Sequence record: SRR31156797_450
Direction: 5' to 3' (one strand)
DNA: 33,567 bases
The notes beneath the pieces are model-generated. The model was not told the DNA's origin. It ran no database searches and saw only the letters and a list, made by a program, of their open reading frames with translations. Both the position numbers and the translations under genes were made by a program. Positions 1-8,563 of the stretch are shown here, in pieces; the stretch's first letter is position 1; the number at the start of each line of letters is the position of its first letter.

Positions 1-2568
1 GAACTATTTGCCCATGGTGGTGAAGTTCAAGTTGGTGGAAATATAACTGCTACAGATGGTTTTGTTGAAACTTCTGGTAAAGATTTTAAATTTAATGATG
101 CTGATATTAAAGCTGGTGAATGGTTAATTGACCCTGTAAACATTACAATTGATTCTGGTTTAGCAACTGCTATTGAAGGTCAATTATCATCTGGTGATGT
201 AACTATTGAGACAGAAGCTTACTCTACGCCGTCAAACTCAACAGTAGATACAACAACAAATGAAAGTGGTTCAGATGGAGATATTTTCATAACTAGTGCT
301 ATTAATTATACTGGAGGAACTGCCTCAACTCTAACTTTAAAAGCAGCTAGACATATAATATTTGGTGAAGATTATACCCCATCTACACTTGGAAGTATTT
401 CAAGTACAAATGCAGCTTTAAATGTTGTGCTTTGGTCTGATACTGATGGTAATGGTGCGGGTTCTGTTTGGTTGCCATCTGGCTCAAGTATTTCTACAAA
501 TGGTGGAGATGTATGGATAGGTGGAGGTTCAGGTTCTACAACTTGGAATGGCCTAACGGTAGGAGATTCTTATGCTAGAGGACTAAATACTAGTTCTTCA
601 GAAAACGGAGCTTTACTTAGAGGAGCTGCAATAAATGGAGATATATCTTTAAGTGGTGGAGATATCTATATCAAAGGTGAAGCTTATAGTAGTTCAGGAA
701 GAGGAGTTTCTATAGGTGGTAATGTATCAACTACTGGAAATGGAAATATTACTATTGAAGGTATATCTCATAGTAGTTCTGATGCTATTGCAATTGGTGA
801 TGGAAGTATATCTAGTCCTGCTGGAAGTATTACATATGAAGATGGAACTGTTGATATTTCAGGAGTAGCAGGTTCTAGTGATTCATTTTATTTAAATAGT
901 GGTTCTTATATTAGCTCAACTACTGGAAATGGAACATTAGTTATTAATGGTAATAATGGCAATATAATATCAGATTCAACATCTTATATTGATGTAAATA
1001 AACTACTTATTCTTGATGCTGCAACTATTGACTTACAATCAGCATCAAATAATATTTTAAATTTAATAACTTCAAATATTAGTGGATTAGTGGATTTTTA
1101 CACAAATAGCAATTTAAGTATTGATACAATAACTTACAATAGTACAAACTATTCAGGATTATCAGTTAATAATGACAACACCATAAAAGCAAGTGGAAAT
1201 ATTTCAGTAGATTCAGATATTGCTTGGGCTTCAAACCTATTAACATTAAGTTCAGATAATAATATATTAGTCAATGCAAATCTTACTGCAACAGGAACTG
1301 CAAGTTTAGCATTCCAATATGGTCAAGGGACAACTAATGGAGCAGGAAGTACTTATACTGTTACAGATGGAATGAGTATAAAAATCCCTAATGCAAATAA
1401 TGTTACCTATAAAAAAGGTTCAGCATCTGCAGAAACATATCTTTCTTTTAATAATGGAAGTATAAGAACTTTAAATTATGATACTCAAGCATCTTTCGAT
1501 TCAAATGGATTGCTTATTCAACCTTGGTATTACAACCAATATGATAATAAATGGTATAAATTAACATTTGCTAATCAATCACTACAACAGGGAATTGCAA
1601 TAAGTGGAGATGGAACTAACACATGGAATACAAACGGTACATTATTACAGAATCCGAACGATAATAGTTTTTCATATGAGATTGCAAAATATAATCCTAA
1701 TGGTTATGGTGAAATTGAAGTTACAAATAATATAACAATTGATTCAAAATCTGTAGAAATAAAAAATAAATATGCATTAGCACAAAGTGAAAAAGAGCTT
1801 GCAGTAACAACTACTATAACAAATAAAGAAATTACTGATGCTATCTCAAATGTTAGATTCTGGACCGGAGTTAGAGATGACTATATGGGATATAATGATA
1901 GACCAACTAAACAAAAAGGAAATATTAGTGGAACGAGTTTTGTTCCTGTTTCAAGTGCATCTGAGCAATCAACTGCATTAAAAATAGAAGATACTAATAC
2001 TAATTCTAATTTACTTTTCTATACAAACTCAACTAAAGCACAATCAGTATTAACTTCTCATTATGGTGATATTTTAAATTTCCTAATGACTACTGATCCA
2101 AATTCAGGTTCAACATCATTAAGTAATGATGGTTCATATGGTTTTTATGTTAGATTTAATGATTTAGCAGCAGGAGAAAGTGATAGTTTTACTTGGTCAT
2201 ATGCTGCAACTGCAATTAAACCTGAACCAAAAAATGAAGTAGAAAAAAAGATTGAAAATATTGTAAGATCAGTAACAGTACCTCAAGCACCACAAACAAC
2301 AAAAACACCAAACAATAGTGGTAAAAATGTTAATATCGAATTCATTGCAGGAGAAAATAAAAATATTGTTTCAAGGCCAACTGAAGGACAAAACACAAGA
2401 AGAATATCAATGGATGAAGCAAGACAAATGCAACAAGATACAACAGGACAAAATGCTGGTGAGTTAAGAGTACCATTATCAAGAAGTTCTAGTATTATTA
2501 TTGTAGATGGTGGAGTTAATTTAGAACCTGGCGTAGAACAAGAATTTTATGTAGCAGAAGAGATATAG
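1..2568 (+). CDS. Two-partner secretion exoprotein (TpsA, HMW1A/HxuA-like filamentous haemagglutinin family), 5' end outside the window
   Basis: Frame 1 is open from base 1 (ELFAHGGEVQVGGNITATDGFVETSGKDFKFNDADIKAGEWLIDPVNITI...), so the ORF-track start at 427 is internal. GFVETSG and EWLIDP match the end of the HMW1A-type TPS region. G/S/N/T-rich beta-helix-like sequence follows, and a TpsB gene lies directly downstream. Confidence 0.88.
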   Translation, partial: ELFAHGGEVQVGGNITATDGFVETSGKDFKFNDADIKAGEWLIDPVNITIDSGLATAIEGQLSSGDVTIETEAYSTPSNSTVDTTTNESGSDGDIFITSAINYTGGTASTLTLKAARHIIFGEDYTPSTLGSISSTNAALNVVLWSDTDGNGAGSVWLPSGSSISTNGGDVWIGGGSGSTTWNGLTVGDSYARGLNTSSSENGALLRGAAINGDISLSGGDIYIKGEAYSSSGRGVSIGGNVSTTGNGNITIEGISHSSSDAIAIGDGSISSPAGSITYEDGTVDISGVAGSSDSFYLNSGSYISSTTGNGTLVINGNNGNIISDSTSYIDVNKLLILDAATIDLQSASNNILNLITSNISGLVDFYTNSNLSIDTITYNSTNYSGLSVNNDNTIKASGNISVDSDIAWASNLLTLSSDNNILVNANLTATGTASLAFQYGQGTTNGAGSTYTVTDGMSIKIPNANNVTYKKGSASAETYLSFNNGSIRTLNYDTQASFDSNGLLIQPWYYNQYDNKWYKLTFANQSLQQGIAISGDGTNTWNTNGTLLQNPNDNSFSYEIAKYNPNGYGEIEVTNNITIDSKSVEIKNKYALAQSEKELAVTTTITNKEITDAISNVRFWTGVRDDYMGYNDRPTKQKGNISGTSFVPVSSASEQSTALKIEDTNTNSNLLFYTNSTKAQSVLTSHYGDILNFLMTTDPNSGSTSLSNDGSYGFYVRFNDLAAGESDSFTWSYAATAIKPEPKNEVEKKIENIVRSVTVPQAPQTTKTPNNSGKNVNIEFIAGENKNIVSRPTEGQNTRRISMDEARQMQQDTTGQNAGELRVPLSRSSSIIIVDGGVNLEPGVEQEFYVAEEI

Positions 2569-2578
2569 GAAATAAAGA

Positions 2579-4252
2579 ATGAATACAAAAAAAATTATAG
2601 CATTATCAATTATTACATCACTATCTTTAAATGCAGCCAATGTTCCAAACATAGGTGATGCATTAAAGCAAGTAAAACCTCCTAAGTTAAAAGAAGAGAA
2701 AAAAGAACTTCCTAAAATAGAGATAAAAGAAAAGGATGTTCCAAAAGAGTTACAAAATGGAAAGAAAGTAAAAGTAGAAAAATTCTCTATTCAAGGTGCG
2801 ATTCATTTAGATAACAAACTTTTAAAAGAGCTTGTTGCTCCTTATGAGGGTACTGAATTAAGTTTCAATGACATGCTTGATGTAGCAAGTACTATTACAA
2901 AGAAGTATAGAGAGAAAGGTTACTTTGTAGCAAGAGCATATATTCCACCTCAAAATATCTTTACTCAAAATGGTAGTCTTATTATCAAAGTAGTTGAAGG
3001 AAACTATGGAGAGTTTAAATTAGAAAACAACTCTTTAGTTAAAGACTCAATTGTTCAAGGTAATCTTGATGCAATTAAAGATGAAAACATTATCTCTACT
3101 GATACATTAGAAAGAGCAATGTTAATCATCAATGACACTCCAGGTGCTATTGTAAGTAAATCAGAAGTTAGACCAGGGAAAAAACTTGGAACTAGTGATT
3201 TTATCATGGGTGTTGATGCAAGTAAAAAGTACAATGGATATGTATTAGCAGATAACTATGGTTCACAATATACAGGTAAACATAGAGTTATGGCTGGAGC
3301 TGATATTAATTCACCATTTGAAATTGGAGACAAGATATCATTTTTTGGTTTAATTTCTGAAGAAGTGGGATTATTAAATGGTAGAGTTGCTTATGACTTC
3401 CCTATGAACGAAAAAGGTTTAAGAGGAGAAGTAAGTATATCTAAAACTACTTATGACTTAGGAAGCTCTTATGCGGATCTTAATGCAGTAGGTTCATCAG
3501 ATAGTATTGATTTTAAAGTTACATATCCATATATTAAATCAAGACTTGAAACATTAAACTTTTATGGAAAAATTTCATACAATAGAATGAAAGATGAAAT
3601 TCAGGAAAATAGTTCAAAGATTAAAAAAAGTTCTTACACAGCAACAGCTGGTTTAGACTATACAAAAGATCATGTATTATTTAACAAAAACTCACAGACT
3701 AGATTTGGTTTATCTTTAACATATGGGGATTTAAACTTTAATAGTGATGAAGATTTAGACTTAGATAAAGATGGTGCTAATACAAATGGAAAATTCTCTA
3801 AAGTTAACTTAGAGTTAGGTCAAGACTTTGTATTAACAGATAAAATAAGATGGGAGAACTCACTTCAAGCACAATATGCTTTAGGTGATAAAAACTTAGA
3901 TGGAAGTGAAGACTTGAGTGTTGGTGGAATTTATGGTGTTAAATACTATCCAGATGGTGAAGAAAGTGGTGAAAAAGGTTATATTTTAAATACTGAACTT
4001 TTTTATACTCTTCCTAGTTTCAAAGACTTAAACTCATCAATTAGTATTTTTTATGATGTAGGAAGAACATTTACAAGTAGAAATATTGACAATGAAGAGT
4101 CAAGAACTTTACAATCATTTGGTCTAGGTTATTATGGTTCTTATAATGATATGTTTATAAATGCACATCTAGCACAAAACATTGCTCACAATGTAACTTC
4201 TCAAGATGACTATTCTAGTAGATTTTTAATTCAAGCAGGTTGGGTTTTTTAA
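2579..4252 (+). CDS. ShlB/FhaC/HecB-family TpsB outer-membrane transporter (Omp85 superfamily)
   Basis: Signal peptide; POTRA motif ITKKYREKGYFVARAYIPPQ; DNYGSQYTG; loop motif GGIYGVKYY; FYDVG; C-terminal barrel signature ending GWVF; AGGA SD. Confidence 0.93.
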   Translation: MNTKKIIALSIITSLSLNAANVPNIGDALKQVKPPKLKEEKKELPKIEIKEKDVPKELQNGKKVKVEKFSIQGAIHLDNKLLKELVAPYEGTELSFNDMLDVASTITKKYREKGYFVARAYIPPQNIFTQNGSLIIKVVEGNYGEFKLENNSLVKDSIVQGNLDAIKDENIISTDTLERAMLIINDTPGAIVSKSEVRPGKKLGTSDFIMGVDASKKYNGYVLADNYGSQYTGKHRVMAGADINSPFEIGDKISFFGLISEEVGLLNGRVAYDFPMNEKGLRGEVSISKTTYDLGSSYADLNAVGSSDSIDFKVTYPYIKSRLETLNFYGKISYNRMKDEIQENSSKIKKSSYTATAGLDYTKDHVLFNKNSQTRFGLSLTYGDLNFNSDEDLDLDKDGANTNGKFSKVNLELGQDFVLTDKIRWENSLQAQYALGDKNLDGSEDLSVGGIYGVKYYPDGEESGEKGYILNTELFYTLPSFKDLNSSISIFYDVGRTFTSRNIDNEESRTLQSFGLGYYGSYNDMFINAHLAQNIAHNVTSQDDYSSRFLIQAGWVF

Positions 4253-4275
4253 AAAATCCTTCCACTTAATATATT

Positions 4276-4307
4276 TGACAAGAGTTTAAATACTCTTGTC
4301 ATTTTTT
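4276..4307. terminator. Probable bidirectional intrinsic terminator
   Basis: Perfect 10-bp stem TGACAAGAGT-ttaaat-ACTCTTGTCA followed by T6, between convergent genes. Confidence 0.75.
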
Positions 4308-4572
4308 ATTTCATTTCATCCATTTCATGCTTCATATTTTTCATGTCGTGTTTCATACCTTTCATGTCATGATTCATATTTTTCATATCATGTTTCATTC
4401 CACTTTTTCCATGCATTTCAGCCATATCTTTATTTGTCATTCCCTTTTCATTTGCATGATTCATCATTGTCCCATTATGCATATGATCTCCCATATGACT
4501 ATCATCTCCATTTGCTAATAAAACTGATGCAGATAAACCTGCCAAAACTGTAGCTAATAAAATTTTTTTCAT
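4306..4572 (-). CDS. Small secreted His/Met-rich protein, candidate Cu(I)/Ag(I)-binding protein
   Basis: AAGGA SD; signal peptide MKKILLATVLAGLSASVLLA; the predicted 68-aa mature part has 16 Met and 9 His; heptad repeats KHDMKNM/NHDMKGM/KHDMKNM/KHEMDEM. Confidence 0.8.
   Translation of the reverse strand: MKKILLATVLAGLSASVLLANGDDSHMGDHMHNGTMMNHANEKGMTNKDMAEMHGKSGMKHDMKNMNHDMKGMKHDMKNMKHEMDEMK
4312..4395 (-). repeat. Four imperfect 21-bp tandem repeats encoding xH(D/E)Mxx M heptads
   Basis: Visible in DNA (catgtcgtgtttcataccttt / catgtcatgattcatattttt / catatcatgtttcattccact) and in the protein. Confidence 0.8.
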
Positions 4573-4590
4573 TCTAATCCTTTTTTTCTA

Positions 4591-4623
4591 ATAATACTGA
4601 TTCTATATGGAAGAAATATGGAA
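4591..4623 (-). promoter_or_regulatory. Tandem TTCCATAT-N3-TTCCATAT box plus -10 (TATTAT) for the His/Met-rich gene
   Basis: ATATGGAA at 4605 and 4616 (11-bp period), 8 nt from a TATTAT hexamer at 4591-4596 on the minus strand. Confidence 0.55.
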
Positions 4624-4670
4624 AAAACTAACAGAAAAGTATTATAAAAAAATTTAATAAATTATTTGAA

Positions 4671-4725
4671 TATTACAAAAATGTTACAAAAATATTACTT
4701 TTTTATTACATCTTTAAGTTAATCT
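4671..4725 (+). promoter_or_regulatory. Four phased T(A/G)TTAC(A/T) boxes plus putative -10 upstream of the T1SS substrate
   Basis: TATTACA 4671, TGTTACA 4682, TATTACT 4693, TATTACA 4704 (exact 11-bp period), then TAATCT at 4720. Confidence 0.65.
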
Positions 4726-4755
4726 TTCAAACCAACATTAATAAAGGATTAAATT

Positions 4756-7700
4756 ATGGGTCAAGACTTAAAGTTTGTTTCTAATAATTTAGAAGTAAAA
4801 ATTTCAGATAAAGAAAATGGTGTAATTCAAGGTGAAAAAGTAATCTCTCTTGAAAACAATCAACATATTCAAATTATCAAAAAAGATGATTTAGCAAAAG
4901 ACTTAGTTGTTGTAAAAGATGGTTTAGATTTAGTGATTAAATACTCAGATGAATCATCATTGACTATCGAAAACTTCTATGCACTAGATGGTGTTACTAT
5001 TGAAATCCCAACTTCAGAAACTGAAGCTAAAGAGTTGTCTTCAGATATTGAAGGTTCTTCTTTTTCAATTGTATATGCACAAGGTGATTTATCAATTTTT
5101 GAATCTATGTTTGCAGAAAACAACTACTCATTAGAAGTACTGAATAACTATTATGACTCTTCTTTAGTAGGTATAAACAGTGGTGATACAGCCGTTGAAA
5201 GTGCATCTACAGGATTGTCATCAACAGGATATGTAATTGGTGGTTTAGTTGCAGCTGGAGGAATTGCAATGGCAGCTGGTGGTGGTGGTGGAGGGGGAAG
5301 CAGTTCATCTTCATCTACTCCAACTTCCCAAGAATCAGCACAGTTTGTAGACTCAGCTGTAGCTGGAGCATCTGTATATAAAAATGGTGTACAAATAGGA
5401 ACTACAGATGCAAATGGATATTTTAATTATAGTGGAACTACTGGGGATGTTTTTAGTTTAAAAGTAGGAAACTTAACACTTGGATCTATTAACTATGAAG
5501 ATATTCCAGCAGATGGAATACTTACAATTCAAGACATAAAATATGAGGATAGAACTGACACTACTGATACAGATGTAGTAGCAGTAGCTAGGTTTTTACA
5601 AACACTAGATGCAGATGGTGATACTTCAAATGGAATTCAGATTCTTACAAATAGTGATGGAGATGTTGTTCTTGATGCTAATATTGATGCAAATAACGAT
5701 GGAGTTGTAACTGCTCAAGAGATAGCTACAGCACAAGTAGAGTTAACTGGTACAGAAGAAGTTGTTTTAGATGTAAGTACAACAACAAATACAGTAATAT
5801 ATGCTGGTTCCAACTTAGCAACAATACTTGATGCTGGAATTGCAACAGGAAGTGATAACCTTGTAACTGGGACTGCTGCAACTGCACACTTAGACTCATC
5901 TTTACAACAGATGTATCTAGATGATGGATATACAATTATTGCAAATGCACTAGATTTAAATGCTGCTATTGCAGATGCTAGTATCACAAAGATAATTATT
6001 ACTGATTCAATTAACTTTTTTGGTTTAGATATGAGTGGTTTTACAAATGTATTTATAAATAACTTTGATAGTTTGAGCTCTTTAAATGTTACTATGAGTC
6101 CATCACAAATAAATAACTTTTCAGTAGAGTCAGGACCTGATGATGGGTTAATTGCACTTGTTGAAGTTGGAGATACAGACTTAAGACAATATGACCTAAC
6201 TGGGATTAATCAAATTAATCTAAATGGTCAAGATATTATTTTAACAGTTGCACAATCAAAAAATTCAATGTCTCTAAATGGAGGAAGCTTTGAGGTTATA
6301 GATACATTAGCAAATCTTACTGGAGAAGTAGGAGATATGTCTTTAGCTTCAGCTGTAACTGCTATGCTACCAAGTGATGGGAGTGTAACTGATATAAGTG
6401 CTATTAGTCTTGATAACAATGTATCAATCATTGACTTAAATGGTCAAACAAATGTTTTAACTACTTTTGCACAAGCGGCATTAGTTCAAAATGGTTCATT
6501 TGTTGTAAAAGATACAACTGCAAATATTATTGCAGAAGGAAGTGGTTTATCAGTTGATTTAGTTATTACTGATGAAGTTTCAATTAGTGAGCTTAGTACA
6601 ATTGAAGGAAATACTTCGGGAACTGTTAGTTTCTCAATTTTAGAAGATACTTATTCTAATTTAACAGATATTAATAATGCTTCTAGGTTTACATCAAATC
6701 CAGACATTGTTGTACTTGATGATATCTCTATATCACAAGTTGCAGATATTGATGCACTTACAACTGGTGCAATAACTTATGATTTATCTGATACATTACA
6801 AAACTTAAATGCAAATAGTACAATCGTTGATAATTCTAATGGTTGGGAAGTTATTGACCTACAGACATTAGATACAGATGGTGATGCAACGAATGGATCA
6901 ATTGATCTTGGAGGAATAACTTTAGAAGAAGCATTATTAATTGATGGTGCAGATGTATTATATACAGATAATGGAACAACATCAATAGCTTCTTCTAATG
7001 TGAGCTATTCAGTTTCAATGACTTTTGCCCAATTACTAGCAGCTGATACTGTGCCTTCTTATTATACTCTTTCAGATGATCCTCTAACTATATCTTCAGA
7101 ATTAACAGTAAATGAAGCACTTATAGTAGGGAATGCAACTAATGCAGCAAATTATACATTTACTGTATCTGATACATATGATAATGTATTTGCAGATAAA
7201 TCTAATGTAGTTGCACTTAATGTAGATGTTACATTGACTGATATAACAGCACGCCCTTCAGCATTGATTCCTCTTAGTTCTTCACTATTTCCAAACACGA
7301 TAACTATAAATGCTACTGAAATAAGTGGTTTAGATACACAAATATATACTGTACTTAATTCTAGTTCATATATTGTTACAGAAAATAATATTGCAGTAAC
7401 TATTACAAATCCTATAGGAAGTCTTTATGCTTTAAATTTAAATAGCATTATTGCTAACTCTCATATAGGTACAGTAACTGTACGAAATGAACTTACAGTA
7501 ATAGCTGAATTAGCAGATATAACAACTATGTCAAATAATATGGCAAGTGGAGATTTAGTTTTTAATACAGATCCAAATCTAAATATAATAAATAATTATC
7601 CAACTGTAAGTGAAGCTAATGCAATGGATTTATTAACAACAGGAGTTATTACTGCACAAATAAATGCAAGTGATGTAGCCAATGCACTTACAATCACAAA

Positions 7701-8493
7701 TGCAAATAATAACAATGTATATACTATTAACTTAGGAACTGTTTCTGTGAGTGCAGTGCAATTAGACTCATTAAATTCACTTTACTCAACTATTTCAGGA
7801 ACAATAACAGTTACAACTACTGATGAGCAAGACTTGACAGCATTAGACTTAACAAATGCAAATTCAATTGATGTATCAGCAGGAGAAAATGTAACAGTTA
7901 CAGTTTCACAATCAGCTGACTTAACATTGGGAACTGGTTCAACTTATGATATCACAGATACGGCAACAGCAATTGATGCACAAGAAACTACTGATAACTC
8001 AGTATTAATAACAGCAGGGACTGTTACAGCAACAGCAGTAAATGGTGATGATTTAACTTCTTTAGACTTATCAAATGTAGATGTATTAGATATCACAGGA
8101 ACGGTTACAGTAACTGATTCTCAAGCAGCATTAGTTGATGTAAGTGATACTGGAAGTTTAAATATTGTATTTGATAATCAAGTTACATCTTTCGATTTAT
8201 CAAACTTAGCAAATGCAACAGATACTAATCTAAGTGTATCTTCTATTGATGCAGCAAATAGTCAAAATGACACAATTACATTAGTTGCAGCAGATTTATT
8301 GGACTTAGGTTCAACTATGTCTATTGACATTGAATCTGGGGATACATTGTCTGTTGATGGAGATACTGATTTAAGTGATGGTATTACAGGATGGACAAAA
8401 GGTGCAGATAATGGTAACTATTCTGTATATACAAATGATACAGATAGTAGTTTAGTACTTAATATTAGTGTAGATGGAATTCCTATCGCATAA
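4756..8493 (+). CDS. Large acidic BapA-like surface protein/adhesin, probable type I secretion substrate
   Basis: AAGGA SD; no Sec signal; BapA-prefix-like N-terminus (DLVVVKDGLDLVIKY...LTIENFY); hydrophobic stretch plus poly-G/S linker; D/T/N-rich degenerate repeats; T1SS-type C-terminus (IDAANSQNDTITLVAADLLDL...GDTL...W...YSVY); directly upstream of TolC/ABC/HlyD genes. Confidence 0.85.
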   Translation: MGQDLKFVSNNLEVKISDKENGVIQGEKVISLENNQHIQIIKKDDLAKDLVVVKDGLDLVIKYSDESSLTIENFYALDGVTIEIPTSETEAKELSSDIEGSSFSIVYAQGDLSIFESMFAENNYSLEVLNNYYDSSLVGINSGDTAVESASTGLSSTGYVIGGLVAAGGIAMAAGGGGGGGSSSSSSTPTSQESAQFVDSAVAGASVYKNGVQIGTTDANGYFNYSGTTGDVFSLKVGNLTLGSINYEDIPADGILTIQDIKYEDRTDTTDTDVVAVARFLQTLDADGDTSNGIQILTNSDGDVVLDANIDANNDGVVTAQEIATAQVELTGTEEVVLDVSTTTNTVIYAGSNLATILDAGIATGSDNLVTGTAATAHLDSSLQQMYLDDGYTIIANALDLNAAIADASITKIIITDSINFFGLDMSGFTNVFINNFDSLSSLNVTMSPSQINNFSVESGPDDGLIALVEVGDTDLRQYDLTGINQINLNGQDIILTVAQSKNSMSLNGGSFEVIDTLANLTGEVGDMSLASAVTAMLPSDGSVTDISAISLDNNVSIIDLNGQTNVLTTFAQAALVQNGSFVVKDTTANIIAEGSGLSVDLVITDEVSISELSTIEGNTSGTVSFSILEDTYSNLTDINNASRFTSNPDIVVLDDISISQVADIDALTTGAITYDLSDTLQNLNANSTIVDNSNGWEVIDLQTLDTDGDATNGSIDLGGITLEEALLIDGADVLYTDNGTTSIASSNVSYSVSMTFAQLLAADTVPSYYTLSDDPLTISSELTVNEALIVGNATNAANYTFTVSDTYDNVFADKSNVVALNVDVTLTDITARPSALIPLSSSLFPNTITINATEISGLDTQIYTVLNSSSYIVTENNIAVTITNPIGSLYALNLNSIIANSHIGTVTVRNELTVIAELADITTMSNNMASGDLVFNTDPNLNIINNYPTVSEANAMDLLTTGVITAQINASDVANALTITNANNNNVYTINLGTVSVSAVQLDSLNSLYSTISGTITVTTTDEQDLTALDLTNANSIDVSAGENVTVTVSQSADLTLGTGSTYDITDTATAIDAQETTDNSVLITAGTVTATAVNGDDLTSLDLSNVDVLDITGTVTVTDSQAALVDVSDTGSLNIVFDNQVTSFDLSNLANATDTNLSVSSIDAANSQNDTITLVAADLLDLGSTMSIDIESGDTLSVDGDTDLSDGITGWTKGADNGNYSVYTNDTDSSLVLNISVDGIPIA

Positions 8494-8517
8494 CATCTTA
8501 AACGAATTATTATAATT

Positions 8518-8548
8518 TAATTTCAAAGAGAATTTCTCTTTGAAATTA
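8518..8548. terminator. 31-bp palindrome (hairpin) between substrate and secretion genes
   Basis: TAATTTCAAAGAGAA-T-TTCTCTTTGAAATTA, perfect 15-bp arms. Confidence 0.6.
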
Positions 8549-8563
8549 CAAAAAGGATTAAAA

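Noticed and set aside
427..429. ORF-track start of the TpsA
   Set aside because: The frame is open and TpsA-like from base 1, so the true start is upstream of the window.
1..4252. Contact-dependent inhibition (CdiBAI) system
   Set aside because: No VENN-type motif and no immunity ORF; tpsB follows tpsA after 10 nt.
4312..4395. 21-bp repeats as a mini-CRISPR
   Set aside because: Contiguous, degenerate and coding, with no spacers and no cas genes.
4296..4553. Plus-strand His-rich ORFs 4296..4553 and 4327..4518
   Set aside because: Antisense shadows of the Met/His repeat gene (ATG/CAT symmetry). The minus-strand ORF has the SD and signal peptide.
5278..5316. GGT repeats and a short G run as a phase-variation tract
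   Set aside because: Encodes the Gly/Ser linker; the G run is only 5 nt and the triplet repeats keep the frame.
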